The position numbers and the translations under genes are program-made. From the NCBI GenBank assembly GCA_951406725.2, contig OX597836.1:29574001-29638000 (forward strand): a DNA stretch of 64,000 bases, written 5' to 3'. The notes below the pieces were generated by a model. It did no database searches, had not been told where the DNA came from, and was given only the letters and a program-made list of their open reading frames with translations. The first letter of the stretch is position 1; every line of letters begins with the position of its first letter. The DNA comes from Octopus vulgaris (Eukaryota). Below, one piece after another: positions 24,556-37,193 of the stretch.

Positions 24556-26654
24556 GTTTAACCCTAGTTGGCCTGGTAGAGCAGACCTGTGACCTGAACA
24601 TTCCATTTGTTTCAGGCATAGTTTTATTTATGACTACATTATTTGTACTCATCCTCTTTATAAATCGGTAGAGAGCAGCAATATGAGGCAAAATCTACCT
24701 GTTAATTCTCGAATTTCTTAAGACTACATCGAGGCTTCCTTGTCGACGAGGTGGTGGGAAATGTCCGGCGCAGAAACCACAAATCGCTTGTAAGAGATTT
24801 CAGCTCATGACCTATTAGTAAATAGTTAACATACCTTTCTACAAAGCCAGTAAACAAATACAAGTGGAAAAGGATTCTTCTTGCTGCTGCTGTTAGTATC
24901 TTATCTGTCCCAGGTCATGAAAGCTTCGATCAAAGACGGTTGCAACCGAGGCCAAAGCGTCTCTTGGTATATCGAAAAATGACTACTACTACGTTGTATT
25001 AAGTTTCCTTCATTACTGAACACGATAGGGTGTAGTGGAAGGAAACCCGGCTTCTATTTCTAGCAGGCTGAACGGACGTGTACAGGCCGTTAACGCTGTC
25101 TCTGGGGGGGACAGAAAAGGGGGTAATAAAGTGATACCTTCGAATGGGAATGGCGGCTGTTTGATAAACCAACCGAAAGAGCATGTATGCGGTCGCTTAA
25201 CCTACAAAAATGGAAACGCCTTTAAATGTAGTGTCTTAAAGAAAAGACACTACAATGAACAATGCAGTGCCTGTGTGCTGGATACCAGGAAAATATTAAA
25301 AAGAAGAAGAAGAAAGAAAGGTCGAAATTGTCATGCCGGAACGTCTCTGTGACTATCCTATTCAAGTAGTAACAACTGTTGTTTGTTCGAGCAAAAAGGC
25401 ACCATTGAATGAGTCTTATCAAAAAGCAAATGATGACGATTCTCGTTTGGGTTTTTTTGTACTTTAACAAATAGATTGATTAAATGACTTGCATAAAAAA
25501 AATGACAAGTCACCGTGTGAGCCATATTACACACCAAACGTAAGAAATATTTATTTATTAACGAGAGAGAACCGTTAAAAATATACACCATACTACATCA
25601 TGTAAGAAGCAACGAGAAGAAAGTTGCTGTGAAAGTGTTGTAGCATTAATGCGGAGAATTACAATAGCGCGTTTATGGCAGACGGCGACGAGAGTTTCAA
25701 AAAGTTATTTGTAGCCGACAGTGGCGTGTTTAGTATAAAAATAGATCTCTATACATGCAGCTGTATTTCTTAACTATTAAGAATAACAACAATAGTAATA
25801 ATAAAAATAATGAAAGCATCAGGTTTTCTTCCTCTTAATGTTGTATCGTCTGATACTTTATAAATTCTCAGAAAATGGTTGCTTTTTTTCTTTATTTTTT
25901 TTCTTTCTTTCGTTTTGGGGATCATGTTTAATTTCTTTTAACCATTTTTTCAAGTCATTTCAAATTTTCAACAGATTGTTTTTTGATAAATTTTCTCCAC
26001 TGATGAAACTTTTTTTACCATTAATTTCTAGGTAAAATGAATCCGATTTTCGTCACCAGTATGCAAAACTTTTTTTTTTTTTTTAAATAATCTGGTAAAC
26101 TTTAATTACTTCAAAGAGGCAGGAATAAATTTAAAGAGATCCCGCTTCTGTAATAAAATTTTCTAATAATTTAAGAGAAATTACTGGAAACAGTTTATTA
26201 ATATTAATATACAACCAAAGAGTTTTATCATGACTTCATAGTTTCAATAACTACCAAGAATTTTTTTAAAATAAGCTTTCCTGTAATTCAAAAAAATGGG
26301 TTGGGTTCTTTACGAGAAATTTATTTTTACAAATTCCGATAAATCGTATATGACAAATTAAATCTAACTTTTCGTGTTGCAGAATAAAGAATCGAGTGTG
26401 TTCCTCTGTAAAGTGTGCCGGACGCTAAAACAATGCCAAGCCATATTTGTGCTTCCTCACAAAAAATTACAATACCAGTTCCTGTGGAAACTGTCGGCAG
26501 ACATTCAAAGCATGCATGCATTCTTCCACGAATGTTACATCACATACCTATCCATAAAGAACATTTACTAAACATTCTACACATGTGAAACAATGGGAAT
26601 GTATGAGTGTGTGTTTATCAACTATAGAGATGTAGATGTTACATATACATACAT

Positions 26655-26822
26655 ATTTCTTTATTGCTCACAAGGGGCTAAACATAGAGGGAACAAACAA
26701 GGACAGACGAAGGGATTAAGTCGATTAGATCGACCCCAGTGCGTAACTGGTACTTAATTTATCGACCCCGAAAGGATGAAAAGCAAAGTCGACCTCGGCG
26801 GAATTTGAACTCAGAACGTAAC
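26655..26822 (-). mobile_element. SINE family B, 5'-truncated
   Basis: Matches 44196-44426. Confidence 0.88.
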
Positions 26823-26862
<40 letters not shown>

Positions 26863-27117
26863 GTATAATTACACACACATCTATACGCATACATATACAT
26901 AGATATATGTATACATATATTTTTTAGATATATACGGACACAGACCATGTGTTGGTAGCCAGATGGAAAAGATGTTTTCCTGGAGCTAAAAAGTAGAAAC
27001 AACGCCCTGTTGTAGGACTGCCATATTGTGTTGGCAAACATACTTTACTGTGTGTGTGTGTGTGTCCGTCCGTCCAGTTGAAGAAACAAAAATGGAGATA
27101 AGGAAGTTAACAATTCA

Positions 27118-27300
27118 TCATCATCATCATTTAACGTCCGTTGTCCATGCTGGCATGGGTTGGACGGTTTGACTAGGGCTTGTAAGGTGGAAAGCTGCAC
27201 CAGGCTCCAGTCTGATTTAGCATGGTTTTCTACAGCTGGATGCCCTTCCTAACGCCAACCACTCCGAGAGTGTAATGGGTGCTTTTACATGCCACCATTT
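27118..27300 (-). mobile_element. Family C retroposon (GGAAGGGCATCCAG motif, (ATG)n tail)
   Basis: Matches 28580-28765, 29765-30025, 53835-54310 and 56510-56736. Confidence 0.75.
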
Positions 27301-27764
27301 GTTTCACACAACAGCGATTTTGTTCAGCTTGATTGGTCTTCTTCTCAAGCACGACATAAGGCCAAAGGTCTTGGTCATTGCCAATTAATTTATTAACAAA
27401 TTGATCATCAATGTTTCTTACAGCTGTTTCAATTAATACTCAATAATTTAATTACAAATTTGTACATTAAATTTGCATTTATGTGACATGAGCATAATTT
27501 CGTCAGAGAAAAAAGATGTACCTCGAGATGTTATATGTGGACCTATCACTTCATTTCATCATGTGTGTGTGTGTGTACACACACATACACACATACATAT
27601 ATACATCATCATCAAATATATTTTTCATGTTGGCACATGTGTGTGTATGTATGTGCATGCATGCACATATATATATATAGATATACATTATTACACACAT
27701 AAATATATACGCATATATACAAGTATATACTCTGCGATGACATCTCTCACCATTTAGACGGTGG

Positions 27765-27900
27765 AGTTACGATTTCAGGAGGATGATTGGGATCACGTGG
27801 ATGAGAAAGGTGCAATCCAGAGAGGAGTGGACAGCGTGCTATGACCAGCGGTGTCAAATGGACGCCCGACGGACTGGTCGGTCAAGGTGATCAAGGTGAT
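27765..27900 (+). mobile_element. RTE-like LINE extreme 3' fragment
   Basis: Frame RWSYDFRRMIGITWMRKVQSREEW resembles the RTE ORF C-terminus (RW.D....G..W.R.A..R..W). Confidence 0.55.
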
Positions 27901-27914
27901 GTACAAGTATACAT

Positions 27915-28160
27915 AGATATATGTACATAGTAACCATAAAGTCTGAAGACATGGGGAACATCACTAATATTCTTGTTTTTTTTTTTCTTCTTTCACAGGC
28001 TGAATAGGAGTTTGTCCAATGAAGAAAGAATTTAATTGATACTACTCAATAGATGACAGAAAGCAGATGCTTTCAAGGCACATCATCCCAAAATGCCACC
28101 ACCACTGTAGGTGGTTAAGAAATTCAAAGAAATAGGCAGTGTAACAGATGAAATGAAAGA
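27915..28160 (+). pseudogene. Tc1/mariner-type (DUF4817-like HTH) transposase N-terminal relic
   Basis: Broken frames LSNEERI*LILL and VVKKFKEIGSVTD; TIR-like TACATAGTAACCATAAAGTC upstream. Confidence 0.4.
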
Positions 28161-28579
28161 AGCTGTCATGGTCAAGGTTGTTACCAGCACAGACTTTATT
28201 TACAGTGGCTTGGAAAAAAGCACCCAGTCTACATTGTAAGTGGTTAGCATCAGGAAAAAAATCATCCAGCAGCAAAAAGCCGTGCAGAGACAGATACTGG
28301 ACCTTGATATTGTCCTTGGACACATCGGATCCTATCAAGTAGTCCTACAAATGCCAGCAGAACATGGCCATTAAATGATGTGCATGTGTGTGTGTATGTC
28401 TGTATGTCTGTCAGATTGTCTAATGATGTCTCAGCTAGCTGAAACTTCAAAGTCTCTGTCAATGCTATACTTGTTAAAGAATAATAAATTTGCATTCAAC
28501 AAAAGCATGGAGTAATCCTTCAGACTGATGTAAAATTGTTTTTATAACTGAACATAAAAACAAACATCACAGGATGCGG

Positions 28580-28765
28580 GTGGCACGTAAAAAGCACCCA
28601 CTACACTCACGGAGTGGTTGGCGTTAGGAAGGGCATCCAGCCGTAGAAACACTGCCAGATCTGACTGGGCCTGATGAAGCCTTCCGGCTTCACAGACCCC
28701 AGTTGAACCGTCCAACCCATGCTAGCATGGAAAACGGACGCTAAATGATGATGATGATGATGATG
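28580..28765 (+). mobile_element. Family C retroposon
   Basis: GTGGCACGTAAAAAGCACC..GGCGTTAGGAAGGGCATCCAG..CCCATGCTAGCATGG..(GAT)n tail. Confidence 0.8.
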
Positions 28766-29145
28766 ATATTATATAGTGTCTGTTGATAACAAGTTAGCTT
28801 CTCAACCAAATGGTTCTGGGTTCAGTCCCACTATATGGATGACACCTTGGGCAAGTGTCTTCAGTTATGTAGCCTGTCTGACCAAAACCTTGTGGGCAGA
28901 TTTTAGAGGGAAACTGAAGGAAACCCATTGTGTATGTGTGTGTATTATTATATTAGCTGGCCCCATGCCATCAAAAATGATGGCTAATTGTAGTATTTTA
29001 TTTATATATAAATATGGATGGTAAATCAATTTAATACACTTTTCAACGTTCACATACATTCACCTAATTCCCTTGTACACTCACACAGACTTGAAACGCT
29101 GTTTAATTTTTCTTTTCAGCATTGAATGTTCACCATCTCACCAGT

Positions 29146-29649
29146 TTGAGGAATATTTGAAGGATCTTGGGAATAGGAAATTCGCTAGCAGTCCCCAGCT
29201 GCAAGCATATCCCTGTTGGGAGAACGTCTTGTTTGCTGTAGATTTTCCACAGACGCAGGGACAGGACGGGTTGAAGCCACCAGTTGCCGGATCATATGCT
29301 TCTGTTCACCAGAGAACCGTTAGCCAGGTGCGGCCCTGATACCGCTGGGTGTCAGAACAATCCGCCTTGGGTGGTCATACCAGAAACTGAAGTCTCCGAC
29401 AGCATAGCTCTGACACTCCCGTTTCACCCCCTTACAATGAAAAACCTGGCTGATGACGGTCAAGGCTGATCTGGAACCCAACCTAGGCCCCCATATCTAC
29501 GGTGTTCGCCACTGGAATAAGGAGTGGTTGGAGATCACGCGGTCGTTAGCCTTAAATCGCCAGGCCTGGTCGGCGTTTGTGAGAGATGCAGCAATGAGGA
29601 TAAATGAAGCAAGCTCAACCCACCCCGGGTGAATGCTGTAAGAAGAAGA
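29146..29649 (+). mobile_element. RTE-clade LINE insertion: 3' ORF end plus a probably inverted 5' segment, 11-bp TSD
   Basis: 29441-29632 encodes KTWLMTVKADLEPNLGPHIYGVRHWNKEW..LALNRQAWSAFVRDA; (GAA)n tail; TSD ATCTCACCAGT at 29135-29145 and 29650-29660. Confidence 0.8.
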
Positions 29650-29764
29650 ATCTCACCAGTCTGCCACCACCCCTTCCTTCCTTATTCATCTATCACCTCT
29701 TCCTTTCTCATTCATATGTTGTGACAGAGAAAATCACAAGAGCATTATTATTATTATATATTTC

Positions 29765-30025
29765 TGGCTTCCGTGCCGGTGGCACGTAAAATGCACCAAT
29801 CCGACCGTGGCCGTTGCCAGCCTCGCCTGGCACCTGTGCAGGTGGCACGTAAAAAGCACCCACTACACTCACGGAGTGGTTGGCGTTAGGAAGGGCATCC
29901 AGCTGTAGAAACATTGCCAGATAAGACTGGAGCCTGGGGCAGCCTTCTGGCTTCCCAGATCCCCGGTCGAACCGTCCAACCCATGCTAGCATGGAGAACG
30001 GACGTTAAACGATGATGATGATGAT
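29765..30025 (+). mobile_element. Family C retroposon with duplicated internal unit
   Basis: Two GGTGGCACGTAAAA units then the family body and (GAT)n tail. Confidence 0.8.
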
Positions 30026-30531
30026 TTCACTTAGGCATAGCAATACTAATAACCTGCTTTTAGAACTCAATATACATATGCTTCAGAACAAAGCAGCAGT
30101 TGAGTACAGAACAGTAATAATAAATTAAAATGACAAGGAAATAAGCAATTATGTTAGAGCTGTTTCTGCAATAAGATACAGTGCACGCTGTGAGTGCAGT
30201 GCATCTAATGGCAGAAACAGCTGTGAGCTAATGAACTTTATGACATAATTTCTTTTGTGTGCATGTGTGTGCTTATGTGAGAGAGAGAGAGAGAGAAGAG
30301 AGTGTGTGTGTGTGTGTTTGTGTTTGTCCCCACCACCACTGCTTGATAACAAGTGTTGGTTTGTTTACATTCCTGTAATTTAGTGGTTCAGGAAAAGAGA
30401 TCTGTAGAATAAGTATCAGATTTAAAAAAGACAAAAAGGTTTATGGGGTTGATTTGTTAGACTAAACTGTTCAAGGCAATGCCCTAGCATGGCCACAGTC
30501 CAATGACTGAAACCAGTAAAAGATAGAAGAT

Positions 30532-30568
<37 letters not shown>

Positions 30569-30581
30569 TGCATACATACAT

Positions 30582-31125
30582 AGGTGCAGGCATGGCTGTG
30601 TGGTAAGAAGCTTGCTTACCAACCACATGGTTCCAGGTTTAGTCCCACTGCGTGGCACCTTGGGCAAGTGTCTTCTACTATAGCCTCAAGCCAACAAAAG
30701 CCTTGGGTAGATTTTGTGGACAGAAACTGATAGAAGCCTGTCGTATATATATGTATATGCTTGTGTGTCTGTGTTTGTCCCCCACCACGACCATCGCTTG
30801 ACAACCAATGTTGGTGTGCTTACTACATCCCAGTAACTTAGCAGTTCGGCAAAAGAGACCGATAGAATAAGGGATCTTTTTGGTTTGAACGGCAGTTTTT
30901 TCTAGCGGTGTCATATGAAATTGTCACCCATAATTATGACCCTAGTATTGATCTATTGCATTTCAATCTGTTTTAGAGTTAGGGTTCGTTAGGGTTAGGG
31001 GAAGGGTATCTTTTTTTCTTCACAAATGTAAGCTTACAAAGAATAAGTCCTGGGGTCGATTGGTTCAAATAAAGGTGGTACTCCAGCATGGCCGCAGTCA
31101 AATGACTGAAACAAGTAAAAGAATA
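30582..31125 (+). mobile_element. SINE family A interrupted by a TTAGGG-containing insert (~30871-31030)
   Basis: Family sequence stops at GATAGAATAAG and resumes at GCTTACAAAGAATAAG. Confidence 0.85.
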
Positions 31126-31760
31126 AAAAAATACATACATACATACATATACACACACACACACTACTAACTCAGTAGTTTTCTTTCATTAGTGAATAGC
31201 AATAATTTCTCGTCATTTTTCTGCAGACCAATGGAGAATTCAGCAGTATACTAGTGTCTGACAGTTTGAAAGCTGGAATATAATTGAAGTATCTATAAAA
31301 CATGACATTACTATTTAAGCCGTTTTAACAATGTCCAATGTCATTCAAAAATGTCACACAAACTCCTCCTCGAAGCAGTCAAGGAATGCATAATCCTGAA
31401 ATATATGTATGTATGTATTATTATTATGCACAAATATGGTGCAGAGACAAAATGCATAGTCACATTTCCTCTGGTTCTTCATGTTCTGAGTTCAAATTCC
31501 CCCAAGGTTGACTTTGCCCTTCATCCTTTCGGGGTTGATAAAATAAGTACCAGTTGAACACTTGGGTGAATGTAATCATCCAACCCTTGCCACAAAATTT
31601 CGACCTTAGTGCAAAATAGTACTAGAAAGGATTATTGTGAGTTATTGTTGATACTGTTTAGCTTCAAATCAATCTTGACCGATCAGATCAATGGCCAAAG
31701 ATATTCTAACTATGATCACATCATCTTCATGGATCAGTGTGTCCTATTTTTTGAAGACAG

Positions 31761-32128
31761 TACTCTTTTACTTGTTTCAGTCATTTGACCCTTTAGTTGG
31801 GCAAATCAACCCCAGAACTTATTCTTTGTGAGCCTAGTACTTACTCTATCGGTCTCTTTTGCCGAATCGCTAAGTTACGGAGGACATAAACACACCAGCA
31901 TCGGTTGTCAAGCGATGTTGGGGGGACAAACACAGACACACAAACACACACACATACATATATACGACGGACTTCTTTCAGTTTCCGTCTACCAAATCCA
32001 CTCACAAGGCTTTGGTCAGCCCGAGGCTATAGTAGAAGACACTTGCCCGAGGAGCCACGCAGTGGGACTGAACCCAGAACCATATGGTTGGTAAGCAAGC
32101 TACTTACCACACAGCCACTCCTGCACCT
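31761..32128 (-). mobile_element. SINE family A copy
   Basis: Reverse-complement match to the family. Confidence 0.9.
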
Positions 32129-32649
32129 GTAGGCAAAGTCTCTTTTGAAAGAAATTTAACTTCTATTTCTAGCAGATTGAGCAACCACACAGTGTCCTCG
32201 TCAGTATGTAATGCATGACTATCAACGTGGAACATACACACATTTGTATAATTATGCATGACAAGTGAATTGTATGTATATGTAAACACACACACACACA
32301 TATATATATATATAATACATACATCTGCTCCTTACAGGAACAGCATCTAAATGCCCTCCGCCTACCCAGCCTGAGACAAATTCTGAATATCAAATAGACT
32401 AATAACAATGACCAAAGGCCGATGATTCCTAATGAAGAAATGCATATTCAAAGTAAATGTAGCACCAAGACACAGGTAGCAAACAGCGCCTTCAAGTGTA
32501 GACTCTGCAGCTGGGACTACCACTCATATATGGCACTTTACAATCACAGCAAATGCCATTCTGCCAACAAAGCCAAGATCATAAAATTTTCCAGGTATAG
32601 ATTCATAGTGTTACAAGTCTAATGGATGCATCCTCCATTTATACATATA

Positions 32650-33967
32650 TGAGGTGTAGTCAAAAAGTATCAGACCATGATTGTTTTTGCACAAAATAAT
32701 AACACATGAGCAAAATCTGCATGGCTATTAGGTGGCTGCATCCTTCCTGAGCATGCACAAAAATTTTCGTGTCAGTAGGTCGCGCCACTTGCCTGCAGTG
32801 AAGCGTTGAGTACAGACATGAAGAGTGTGCTGTGCAATCTTTCTTTTTGAGCCAAGATGACCAAGTGCATTGAGCAAAGATACTGTATCAAATTCTGCCA
32901 AAAACTTGGTGATACGCAAGCCCAGACTATCGAGAAGATTCAGAAGGCTTTTGGAGACGAAGCTATGGGAAAAGCACAAATAAAGGAGTGGTACAACCAG
33001 TTCATAGTTGGCCGCACCTAAGTGGACAATGAGCCATGTTGTGGCAGACCATTGACTAACAGAAGTGACAAAATGATTGCAAAGGTTTGAGGAATAGTCT
33101 ATGAAGACTGCCGTGTGACTATTGAGGAGATTGTTGCTGAAGTTGGAATCAGCCATGGGTCAGTTCAATCAATTATAACAGAAGATTTATGCATGAAGAG
33201 GGTGTTGGCCAAATTTGTACCAAAATTGCTGTCTGACCAGCAGAAAGAAAACAGAAAGGAAATCTTGCAGGACATGCAGGAATGTGCTAGCCAAGATCAA
33301 AACTTCATGAACACTATCATAACTGGTGATGAGACATGGGTGTACAGCTATGACCCTGAAACATAATTGCAATCATCCCGATGGAAGCATCCATCCTTGC
33401 CAGGATCAAAGTAAACAGGTGCACAGCAATGTTAAACTGATGATGACCTGTTTTTTTGACTACAGAGGTATTGTGTACCACAAGGTCAAACAATTAACAA
33501 AGAATACTACCTGGGGGTTCATCATCACCTTCGTGAAGCTGTGTGGTGAAAACGACCTGACCTGAGGGCAGTAAAGAACTGGAAACTTCACCATGATAAC
33601 GCACCTGCTCATTGCCCCCACATCATCCAAGGATTCCTAGTCAAGCAAAACACATCACTTGTTCATCAAGCTTCCTACTCCACAGACCTGGCTCTATGTG
33701 ACTTTTGGCTATTCCCAAAGCTCAAAAAAACACTCAAAGGGAGAAGGTTTGAATCAACAAAGGACATTATGCAAAATTCAAAGACACAGCTCTACAGCAT
33801 CCCAAAAAGTTATTTCCAGAAGTGTTTCAAGCAGTGGCAGGAATGCTGGCAGAAGTGTATAGACTCCCAAGGCGAATACTTTGAAGGGGACTGAATCAAA
33901 ATGGAGAGTTTTTTTTAATATTACTTGTTTTTTGGCCAAAGGCTAGATACTTTTTACCTTCATCTTA
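32650..33967 (+). mobile_element. Full-length mariner (DD34D-type) transposon, inactive
   Basis: ~1.3 kb; TIRs TGAGGTGTAGTCAAAAAGTATCAGACC / GGCTAGATACTTTTTACCTTCATCTTA; TA on both sides; contains a transposase pseudogene. Confidence 0.93.
32857..33894 (+). pseudogene. Mariner transposase pseudogene
   Basis: MTKCIEQRYCIKFC HTH; KFVPKLL (WVPHEL-like); IITGDETW; HHDNAPAH; PYSTDLALCDFWLFPKLK; GEYFEGD*; several in-frame stops and frameshifts. Confidence 0.95.
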
Positions 33968-34519
33968 TATGTATGTATGTTTGTATGGATGGATAAATAG
34001 ATGGATAGATAGGTAAATAGAAATAAATTGTGGGAAACACAATGTCAAATGACATGAGACAATAGTTACATACAATTAACACACAGGTCAAATTTGTGCC
34101 TAAACTCCAGTTTAAGTGCAGGGATGTGACAGCTAATTAAATGAAGACTGGTTGTGGGCAACGCACTGATTGAGCTGGTGTGTGCACAATGGAATAAAAG
34201 CATACACAGGTATCAGGCCAGATTTGCCATATTTATTCTTATACAACATGTAGAGGAACAAATATATAAATACATATATTTGTTTCTCTCTGTAAGTTGT
34301 GTATGTCACAATCTGACCTGTTGCCTGTTTATGGGTATAGCTTCTCTTTGGTTTGGGAAGATAGTTGTATAGATGAGAGGAAGGGAGGAAAAGGGTGCTA
34401 AGATGTGTACCAGAAACAGGACACACCCCAGGAGCATCAATATTGCTAGGCAGCAGTAGAAGGGGTGACAGTTTCAGAGGCGCTTAAATCATTGCAATCA
34501 CTTGTTACCATTGTTTTTA

Positions 34520-34712
34520 CCGTATTTTCTGGCATACAAATCAATGTGGCATATGGCATTAACATCCAAAGATCATCACTGCCTTTCTAATCCTGTTGCA
34601 TTTCGCATGAGATTTTTAATCCTCCAAAATCATCTTGGTGTGAAAGTTGACCTACTTTTATCAACTCTAAATTTTGGTCTGAAAAATTCAAATTGTATGC
34701 TGGAAAATACAG
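34520..34712 (-). mobile_element. Tc2/pogo-type MITE, copy 3
   Basis: TA|CCGTATTTTCTGGCATACAA .. TTGTATGCTGGAAAATACAG|TA. Confidence 0.8.
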
Positions 34713-34818
34713 TATCAAATATATATAAGACAGAAGAGTGCAATTTTAAAGAGATTTAGCTGCTATTTCTAACAGACCTAGTGGCCATGTAAAGGTTTCC
34801 TTCATTAGTTCATGCATA

Positions 34819-35316
34819 CATAATTTTCCAGCATACAAGTCAACATAGTATGCAGTGTAAACATGTTGTGTAAACATTCAAACATCATTATCTTTCCAAA
34901 TTCTGCTGCATTTTACATAGAACTAGCAGTATCGCCCGGCGTTGCTCGGGTTTGTAAGGGAAATAACTGTATAAGCATTTTTAGAGAGTTATAGCCAAAA
35001 GATAGCAAAAAAATGCAATTAAAATGGGAAAAAAATTATGGTAAATTTTTTTTTTAATCGTAGACTCATCGTAGACGCGCTAATACCCAGAAGGGCTTGA
35101 TATGAATCACAACTATAAGATACCCGGTTTTGGTTAAACTGCACCGCAAAATGTGGGAGTAGTTAGGAATCTAAATCGTAGGAGACAGACACACAACTTC
35201 TCTTTTATATATAAAGATTTTTGGTCCCCTAAAGTTGTCTTGGTGCAAGTCAACTTGCCATTTTTTGACTGCAAATTTTGGTCTGAAAAATTCTACTTGT
35301 ATGCCAGAAAATATAG
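34819..35316 (-). mobile_element. Tc2/pogo-type MITE, copy 4, interrupted by a Helitron
   Basis: Halves 34819-34922 and 35218-35316 rejoin to match the family. Confidence 0.8.
34923..35217 (-). mobile_element. Non-autonomous Helitron (295 bp), young
   Basis: Minus strand starts TC, ends CCCGAGCAACGCCGGG hairpin + CGATACTG + CTAG; inserted between A and T with no TSD; CpGs intact. Confidence 0.92.
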
Positions 35317-35419
35317 TATAACCACTTAGTCCGGAGGAAAGGAAAGTACCTCTGGCCCATTAACAAGGATTCTGAGAATGGTGAGAGGTGGAAGGATGGT
35401 ATCTTCAAACAAAAAACTT

Positions 35420-35780
35420 GTGATTCCCAACCACATGGTTCCGGATTCAGCTCCACTGCGTGGCACCTTGGGTAAGAGTTTTCTACTATAGCCTCATCCC
35501 AACCAAAACCTTGTGAGTGGATCTTGTAGAAGGAAACTGAAAGAAGCCCATCGTGTGTGTGTGTGTGTGTGCCTGTCTTTGTTCATCACCACCACCATCA
35601 CTTGACAACCAGTGATGTGCTTACATCCCTGTAACTTAGCTGTTCAGCATAAGAGATCAATGGAATAAGTACCTGACTTTAAAAGAAAAAAAAAAGTACT
35701 GGGTCAATTAGTTCCTCTAAAATTCTTCAAGGTGGTGCTTCAGTCAAGATGGTGGCTGCAGTCTAATGACTGAAACAAAA
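35420..35780 (+). mobile_element. SINE family A copy, 5'-truncated
   Basis: Match to the family. Confidence 0.8.
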
Positions 35781-37193
35781 TTTACTTGGAAACAAACGAG
35801 GATTGGCGACAGAAAGGGCATCTGACCATAGAAAATCTGCCTCAACAAATTCCGTTTGACCCATGGAATCTTGGAAAAGTGGACGCTAAAACGATGATGA
35901 GACAGACAGACAGATCTTAGCCTTGTTAACCAAGTAAAATCTACTTCGCTAAAAAGATCTAATAAGACTGAAACACGCCCATTATTTCCACCAGCTGGCT
36001 TTAAAAATCAGTCCAGAGGTTTCGATCTCCTGATCTTATTGAAAATAACCTCTTGCTTGTTTTGTAAATTTTAAACACTCTCCAAAGGGGGTTTTTGTTC
36101 GCGAATGGTAGTTCGGTTAATGGTAGTTAATGGAAGTTTAACAACTCATCATATTACATGTGTAACACCCTGCAATACTTGTTGAAGGGAATGTCCCGCT
36201 GCACAAGCTGTAGGTTAAAACGTTGCAATATGTTAATATTAATCTGATATCGGTGTGAAGTTTTAAAAAGAAAATGATTGATATTTTTACACTTAAAAGC
36301 CACTTGTAAATCATACACATCATTGCCGCAAACGTGTGTGTGTGTGAGTATGAGAGAGAGAGACAGACAGAAAGAAAGAAAGAGAGGGAGACAAAGACAT
36401 GTAGAGAAAGAGACAGAGAGGGAAATGTGGGGGAGAAAAAGAGAGAAAAACAAAGGATGGAAGGAGAGAGGAGCAGACAGAGATAGAAAAGAAAGCGTAT
36501 ACACGCGTGCGTGCTTGTCCTGCTTTAAAGCCATGTGCTGCTTTTATGCGCGACTCTTGTCATAAATGTCTTAACATTGTGAATAATTTTATTTAAAAAA
36601 AAACACACACCGATCCGTGTTTTATTGCTCAGGAGTTTTATGGCTGCGGAATATTCAACATTCCTTTCACCAGCTGTCGACAGGGTAGAGGAAGAAGCAC
36701 AAAAGACATCATCGGAACCTTCCCGTTGTATCGCTCCCTCCAACGGTGCCGGGCAGCATCGATGCTACCAACGAATGTCTAGGAATGCCTAGGCAGGGTT
36801 TTCTGGCCCACAAGCATTTTTTTTTTCCCCTTCCTCATCCGTGCACCAACTACAAAACTACAAGAAGCTGCAACAAGTCAACAACTACCCCGCACCTTCC
36901 CTCTCTTTATGTATGTGTGTGTGTGTATCTATATATATATATAATCGTTAGGTCGACAAAATATGTCCTGTCTCGCCTATGGCTCATCGAGAACTATTTT
37001 TATTCACACTCAGATTTATCTGAATATTTTACTCCAAGTGGCCGGACAAGGCTTCTTTTTTGAATTTGTCATATAATAATAATAATAATAATAATAGGCA
37101 CAAGTAAAGAATATGTACACCCCAGTATTTAGTAGTTAGGGTTAGGGGTTTTGTTACGCCGAAAACGGGTGGCGTATGTATTCTTTCCGCCTG

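Noticed and set aside
29120-29339. Strong acceptor TTTTCTTTTCAG followed by an open frame
   Set aside because: Almost all of the frame lies inside the TSD-bounded RTE insertion
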